From an uncultured Bdellovibrionales bacterium (GTDB lineage Bacteria > Patescibacteriota > Minisyncoccia > Moranbacterales > UBA1568): a stretch of DNA of 64,000 nucleotides. Positions 59,683 to 64,000 of the stretch are shown here, piece after piece; positions within the stretch are counted from its first letter, which is position 1; every line of letters starts with the position of its first letter. Both the position numbers and the translations under genes were made by a program. The notes under the pieces are model-generated. The model ran no database searches, had not been told where the DNA came from, and was given only the letters and a program-made list of their open reading frames with translations. The DNA lies in NCBI GenBank assembly GCA_964530135.1, contig CAZGXN010000001.1, positions 4,110 to 68,109 of the forward strand. Direction: 5' to 3'.

Positions 59683-60837
59683 TCAAACATCATCCTTGCG
59701 AACGAGCATTGTAAAGTAATCCTTATTTTTCGCATACGCCGTTGCATCATCGATCGAGACGATACCACGCCGCACGAGATCAGCGAGTGATCGATCAAGT
59801 GAGACCATCCCCTCCTTCATACTCGTCTCAATCACCGAATCCAGCTGATGCACCTTGTTCTCACGGATGAGATTTTCAACGGCGTGATTCTTGAACATGA
59901 TTTCGATCGCTGGTACCCGACCACCCGAGAGTTGTGGCAGGAGCCGTTGTGAGACGACACCCAATAAGACATTGGCAAGTTGGAGACGAATCTGATTCTG
60001 CTGATGTGCCGGAAAGACATCGATGACGCGGTCAATCGTCTGCGGTGCGTCATTCGTATGGAGCGTCGCAAAAATGAGGTGGCCCGTTTCGGCGGCAGTC
60101 ATTGCCGTCGAGATCGTGTCGAGATCACGCAACTCGCCAAGCAGTACGACATTTACATCTTCGCGCAAGACGGCGCGTAGAGCGGTAGCAAAACTCTTGG
60201 CATCCCGACCGATTTCACGCTGATTGATGATGCAGTGATCCTGCTCATAGACGAACTCGATGGGGTCTTCGATCGTTACAATATGCTTCTCCTGAGTGTG
60301 GTTGATGTGGTCGATGAGCGCCGCCAAGGTTGTCGATTTCCCGTGGCCGACAGGACCCGTCATGAGCACGAGACCCTGAGACACATTGGTAAAGTTATAC
60401 AGCGAGGTTGGGACATTGAGCTCTTCGAGCGGCCGAATTTTGTTCATCACGAACCGCATCGCGATCGAGACATAGCCCTTTTGATAGAAAATGTTGACGC
60501 GGAAACGCGCGCGATCTTCAAAATTATATGAGAGGTCCGTCTGCCCGTCTTCGGCGAGCTCGGCTTTCTTATCATCAGTGAGAATAATTTCGGCCAGTGC
60601 TTTTGTATCAGCCGGCGTCAGGATTTTTTCCTGGGTCAGCTGGTGCAGCTTCCCATTGATCCGCAGGGTCGGATACCGACCGATGACAAAGTGGACATCC
60701 GATGCACCCTGCTGTCCCACCAGCATGAGGATCTTTTTCAACCGCGCTTCGACATCAAGTTGCTCCATAAGAAAATATTGGTGTAAGTGTTCTCCTTCTA
60801 CTCTACCATGCTCAAAGAATTTTTCATTCTTCATCAA
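59683..60837 (-). CDS. pilT: type IV pilus retraction ATPase
   Basis: Walker A GPVGHGKSTT. No N-terminal GSPII extension. Confidence 0.8.
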   Translation of the reverse strand: MMKNEKFFEHGRVEGEHLHQYFLMEQLDVEARLKKILMLVGQQGASDVHFVIGRYPTLRINGKLHQLTQEKILTPADTKALAEIILTDDKKAELAEDGQTDLSYNFEDRARFRVNIFYQKGYVSIAMRFVMNKIRPLEELNVPTSLYNFTNVSQGLVLMTGPVGHGKSTTLAALIDHINHTQEKHIVTIEDPIEFVYEQDHCIINQREIGRDAKSFATALRAVLREDVNVVLLGELRDLDTISTAMTAAETGHLIFATLHTNDAPQTIDRVIDVFPAHQQNQIRLQLANVLLGVVSQRLLPQLSGGRVPAIEIMFKNHAVENLIRENKVHQLDSVIETSMKEGMVSLDRSLADLVRRGIVSIDDATAYAKNKDYFTMLVRKDDV

Positions 60838-62503
60838 CCAATGAACCCTCGGTTACGCGTTCGACTTCAGCGATCGTCGTTATCCCTTTCAAAACTTTTA
60901 GCAAGCCATCACTCTTCATCATGAGCATATGTTGTTGGACAGCTTCTTTCAAAAGCTCGGCCTCATTCGCAGATTTGTCAGTAATGATAACCTTGGCGAC
61001 ATCCGTCACCTCAAACACTTCATAGATCGCAATCCGACCCTTGTATCCAGAATTCCCACAGATATCACACCCCTTGCCCTGATATACCTTGAGTGGCGCT
61101 TTCGGATCGAGATCATATGCTTGAAGCTCGGTGAGCGGGATTGCTGTGCGGGCCGCCTCTAGCTGCTTCAGCATACCTGGTGAGAGTGTCGTTTCTTCTT
61201 TGCAATGCTCGCAGATACGCCGCACGAGACGCTGGGCCGCGAGTGCCTGAATTGAAGAAGCGAGCAAGAACGGTTCGGCCCCCATATCGAGAAGTCGCGG
61301 AAGTGCCTTGATCGCATCATTCGTATGGAGCGTCGAGAGGACGAGGTGGCCAGTCAAAGCCGTGTGGATAGCCAGCTCGCTCGTCTCTTTGTCACGGATC
61401 TCACCCACCATGATGATATTCGGGTCCTGACGGAGAATTGAACGCAACCCGTCGGCAAAGTTGTAGCCGATCTCTGGACGAATCTGGCTTTGATTGATCC
61501 CTTCCATAAAGTACTCCACAGGATCCTCAAGCGTGATGATATTGCGTTCCTCTTGATTCAAAATCTGAAGAAAGGCATACAGTGTCGTCGACTTTCCAGA
61601 ACCTGTCGGACCTGTAATAAGGATGATGCCGTACGGCTCTTTGATTTTGCGCAACAGCACTTCTCGATTTCGGCCCCAGAGCCCCAGCTTATCCAAATCA
61701 GCCATGTTATTACTCTTGTCGAGAATTCGCATGACAACCTTTTCCCCATCGATGACTGGAAGCGTCGAAACGCGCAGGTCGACTGTCTTGTCATCTGTAA
61801 CCACTCGAAACCGACCATCTTGCGGCTTCCGCTTTTCATCGATTTTCAAATTGGCAAGAATCTTGATCCGTGAAAGTACGGCCCGACCGACATCATTTGG
61901 AAATACAAGCGTCGCCCGAAGCAATCCATCCACTCGAAAACGCACCCGATAACTGCCATCCACGGGTTCGATGTGAATATCACTGGCCCGCCCCTCGAGC
62001 GCGTGCTTCACGATGACATCGACGAGCTTCGCAATCGGCGCATCCTGAAAAACTTCCGGCGATACATTCTTATCATTTTTTTTCTCCTGTACTTGAAGAC
62101 TGATATCCTGTTCCTTTTTGAGCGAGGTGATCGCGTCTTCGAGGGCCTTGTCTGTCCCCGAGTACGCCTTCAAAATCTCTGCAAATACATTTTCAGACAC
62201 CAATGAAACTTCGATGCCCAGGCGTTCTTTTTCAGCGATAAAACGCAACACATTGAGTGCATCGAAGTCCTGGGGATTCACCATCGCGACAGACAAAATA
62301 TCGTCCTGCCGGCCGAAAATCACCATCTGATATTTTTTGGCCGTGTCTTCTGGAATGATCGAAAACAGCGTCTTGTCAATCGTCGACGGAGCTGCTTCAA
62401 GCAGAGGCACCCCCAAACGCTGAGCCAGCGCATGAACATCCGTCGCCGAAGCAACTCCTGCACTCGGGGTAGTTCCGATCGTAGAGCGAGACTTCTCAGA
62501 CAT
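60824..62503 (-). CDS. pilB: type IV pilus assembly ATPase (GspE/PilB family) with a C-terminal tetracysteine motif
   Basis: GPTGSGKSTTLYA, and the CEHC...CDICGNSGYKGR motif. Confidence 0.9.
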   Translation of the reverse strand: MSEKSRSTIGTTPSAGVASATDVHALAQRLGVPLLEAAPSTIDKTLFSIIPEDTAKKYQMVIFGRQDDILSVAMVNPQDFDALNVLRFIAEKERLGIEVSLVSENVFAEILKAYSGTDKALEDAITSLKKEQDISLQVQEKKNDKNVSPEVFQDAPIAKLVDVIVKHALEGRASDIHIEPVDGSYRVRFRVDGLLRATLVFPNDVGRAVLSRIKILANLKIDEKRKPQDGRFRVVTDDKTVDLRVSTLPVIDGEKVVMRILDKSNNMADLDKLGLWGRNREVLLRKIKEPYGIILITGPTGSGKSTTLYAFLQILNQEERNIITLEDPVEYFMEGINQSQIRPEIGYNFADGLRSILRQDPNIIMVGEIRDKETSELAIHTALTGHLVLSTLHTNDAIKALPRLLDMGAEPFLLASSIQALAAQRLVRRICEHCKEETTLSPGMLKQLEAARTAIPLTELQAYDLDPKAPLKVYQGKGCDICGNSGYKGRIAIYEVFEVTDVAKVIITDKSANEAELLKEAVQQHMLMMKSDGLLKVLKGITTIAEVERVTEGSLVDEE

Positions 62504-62509
62504 CAGGTT

Positions 62510-63301
62510 TTATTCAAAAGGATTGGTCCGGCCGGCTGAGCCGCTTTCGAGAGCCGGCAGCGGATTTGTTACAAAGGAAATCGCGCGTTCGGCCGCTGTA
62601 AAATCAAATAAAGGTGATTGAAAGAGCGGCATATTGAGCACATCATTCGCCTGTTGCTCAGCGATATAGGGATATTTGATTGCCAGCGTACCCACCAAAA
62701 AATTGCTCTGAATACCCTTGGCCGCTTCCTCCTCGGCCTTGCTTGGGTCCCGTTCACGCGAAGCGATAGAGTACTCCAGTGTGGCCTGGAGACGGTCAGC
62801 GTGGCGAATCCGATTAAAAAAATCCTTGATATTTGAATAGTCCCCGAGCACGCTCACCTCGGCAGTGTATGTCTGTGGCAAAGCATGGACGGTCGCCTCT
62901 GCCTGCGCCAATGCCTGATCGGGCGGTATCCCACTATTGATCGCTTCATTGTACAGTGCGTCCGCCGTCCGCGCTGGCAAATTTTTCACAACACTCATTT
63001 CTGTTACGATCACCCCCGATTGCTGAGCCAGGTAATTGTACATATCGACGACACGCTCCTCATCTAGTGTACTTGGGTAATACCGGCTGACAAATTCTCT
63101 TGTTTCCGAATGATTTTCGATTGACTGGGTGAGTGACTGAATGTTTCCGATAACCGTGTCGACTCGAGAAAGCTCATCCTGAGCCTTTGCAATCTCATCG
63201 CGTGTTGCAAAAATAGCATCGACATTGGGTTTGATATAGCCGATAGCAATGATTACATCGAGGATGATGAATGTCGGAAGGATAAAGATTTTCAGGCTCA
63301 T
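62510..63301 (-). CDS. PilO-like pilus assembly protein (N-terminal TM then periplasmic domain)
   Basis: Its position and topology are typical for pilO. Confidence 0.5.
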   Translation of the reverse strand: MSLKIFILPTFIILDVIIAIGYIKPNVDAIFATRDEIAKAQDELSRVDTVIGNIQSLTQSIENHSETREFVSRYYPSTLDEERVVDMYNYLAQQSGVIVTEMSVVKNLPARTADALYNEAINSGIPPDQALAQAEATVHALPQTYTAEVSVLGDYSNIKDFFNRIRHADRLQATLEYSIASRERDPSKAEEEAAKGIQSNFLVGTLAIKYPYIAEQQANDVLNMPLFQSPLFDFTAAERAISFVTNPLPALESGSAGRTNPFE

Positions 63302-63321
63302 AGGTATAGAGAAGTGAATGA

Positions 63322-63984
63322 CTAACGCTCGGGAGAGGCTCCGCCTACCACCGGCGCAAGCGGGAGAGATAATTCGAATTCAACCTGACCGGCACGATTA
63401 TACTCAACTGTTTCTGCGTGTACGGAAATCACTCGGGGTAATTTTTTATACGCGAGCATCTGCTGCGCGAGATATTTCAAATTACTGGTAACTCCTTCGA
63501 TAGTAATGCTGTCTTCTGATTGCGACCAGCTATAGTTGGTAACGGAGATCGTCTGGAGAGTCCGCTGCTCCAGTTCCTGCAGCGCTTCATTCGAAGATGG
63601 ATTGGATTGCAGACCCTTTTCGATAGCTTCCAGACGGAGGTGAAGATCCGCTACCTGATTCGCTTCCCCACCCTTGAGATCAGTGGCCTTCTGAGTCAAC
63701 CCCTGTTTCAGCATATCGCGTTCAGACTCTACGGTTCCGAGATACCATACCGATCCGCCATATATCCCCGCAACCAGCAAAAAAATACCGGCGTTAATGA
63801 AAAACCCTTTATCGAAAAAACTTCCACGAGCGTACGCCTGTTTTTCTTGAATTGACTGCGAGAGATTGATACCAGCCATGACCGTATCTATGTGTGTTGA
63901 TGTGTTATTTTTTCTTGAGCGCTCGATTGGCCCCCTGAAGCGCCAGCCCCAGTGCGACCGAAAAGGATGTCCCCATACGCCCAA
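63322..63984 (-). CDS. PilN-like pilus assembly protein. The start is either 63984 (preceded by gaggagg) or the internal MAGINLS at 63879.
   Basis: Single TM FINAGIFLLVAGIYGG followed by a coiled-coil/periplasmic region. It is the first gene of the visible pilus operon. Confidence 0.5.
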   Translation of the reverse strand: MGVWGHPFRSHWGWRFRGPIERSRKNNTSTHIDTVMAGINLSQSIQEKQAYARGSFFDKGFFINAGIFLLVAGIYGGSVWYLGTVESERDMLKQGLTQKATDLKGGEANQVADLHLRLEAIEKGLQSNPSSNEALQELEQRTLQTISVTNYSWSQSEDSITIEGVTSNLKYLAQQMLAYKKLPRVISVHAETVEYNRAGQVEFELSLPLAPVVGGASPER

Positions 63985-64000
63985 TTGCCTCCTCGAGCTC

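Overview
The window reads as a compact, gene-dense bacterial chromosome segment of about 52% GC. The gene content (secretin-less type IV pilus, small ribosomal-protein clusters, many short hypothetical genes) suggests a Patescibacteria/CPR-like or other small-genome lineage, but this is tentative. Most long ORFs lie on the minus strand. Recognisable housekeeping genes include mnmA (partial), dnaX, tRNA-Gln, cspA-like, rplL, rplJ, rpsP, smc-like, rnc, nusB, rpmF, rnhB, dnaE, miaA, gatB, gatA, gatC, ligA, secE, nusG, rplK and rplA. A thymidylate module is present: dcd, thyA, folA, PAP2 phosphatase, a P-loop kinase, tmk and dut. A complete type IV pilus locus follows: pilN/O-like, pilB, pilT, pilC, three tandem pilin genes, pilD and three minor pilins. 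The most striking system is a six-gene operon at 13.8-21.1 kb. It encodes a complex-I / group-4 [NiFe]-hydrogenase-like membrane module whose two catalytic-core subunits have lost every metal-ligand cysteine (an Ehr-type, energy-converting hydrogenase related complex). Other notable items are a TrwB/VirD4-like coupling ATPase without a membrane domain, paired with a 2-TM protein and a sigma70-region-4/HARE-HTH regulator. A tRNA-Gln 3' end is duplicated 18 bp exactly around an AT-rich NUDIX cassette. There is a frameshifted alpha/beta hydrolase. The pilin array is a perfectly duplicated 524-bp tandem with mosaic N/C-terminal cassettes. A conserved ~60-nt intergenic element occurs twice. A 776-aa SMC lacks an apparent hinge. 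The canonical rplKA-rplJL cluster is split by about 19 kb. All calls are from sequence reading and family knowledge only; no searches were run.
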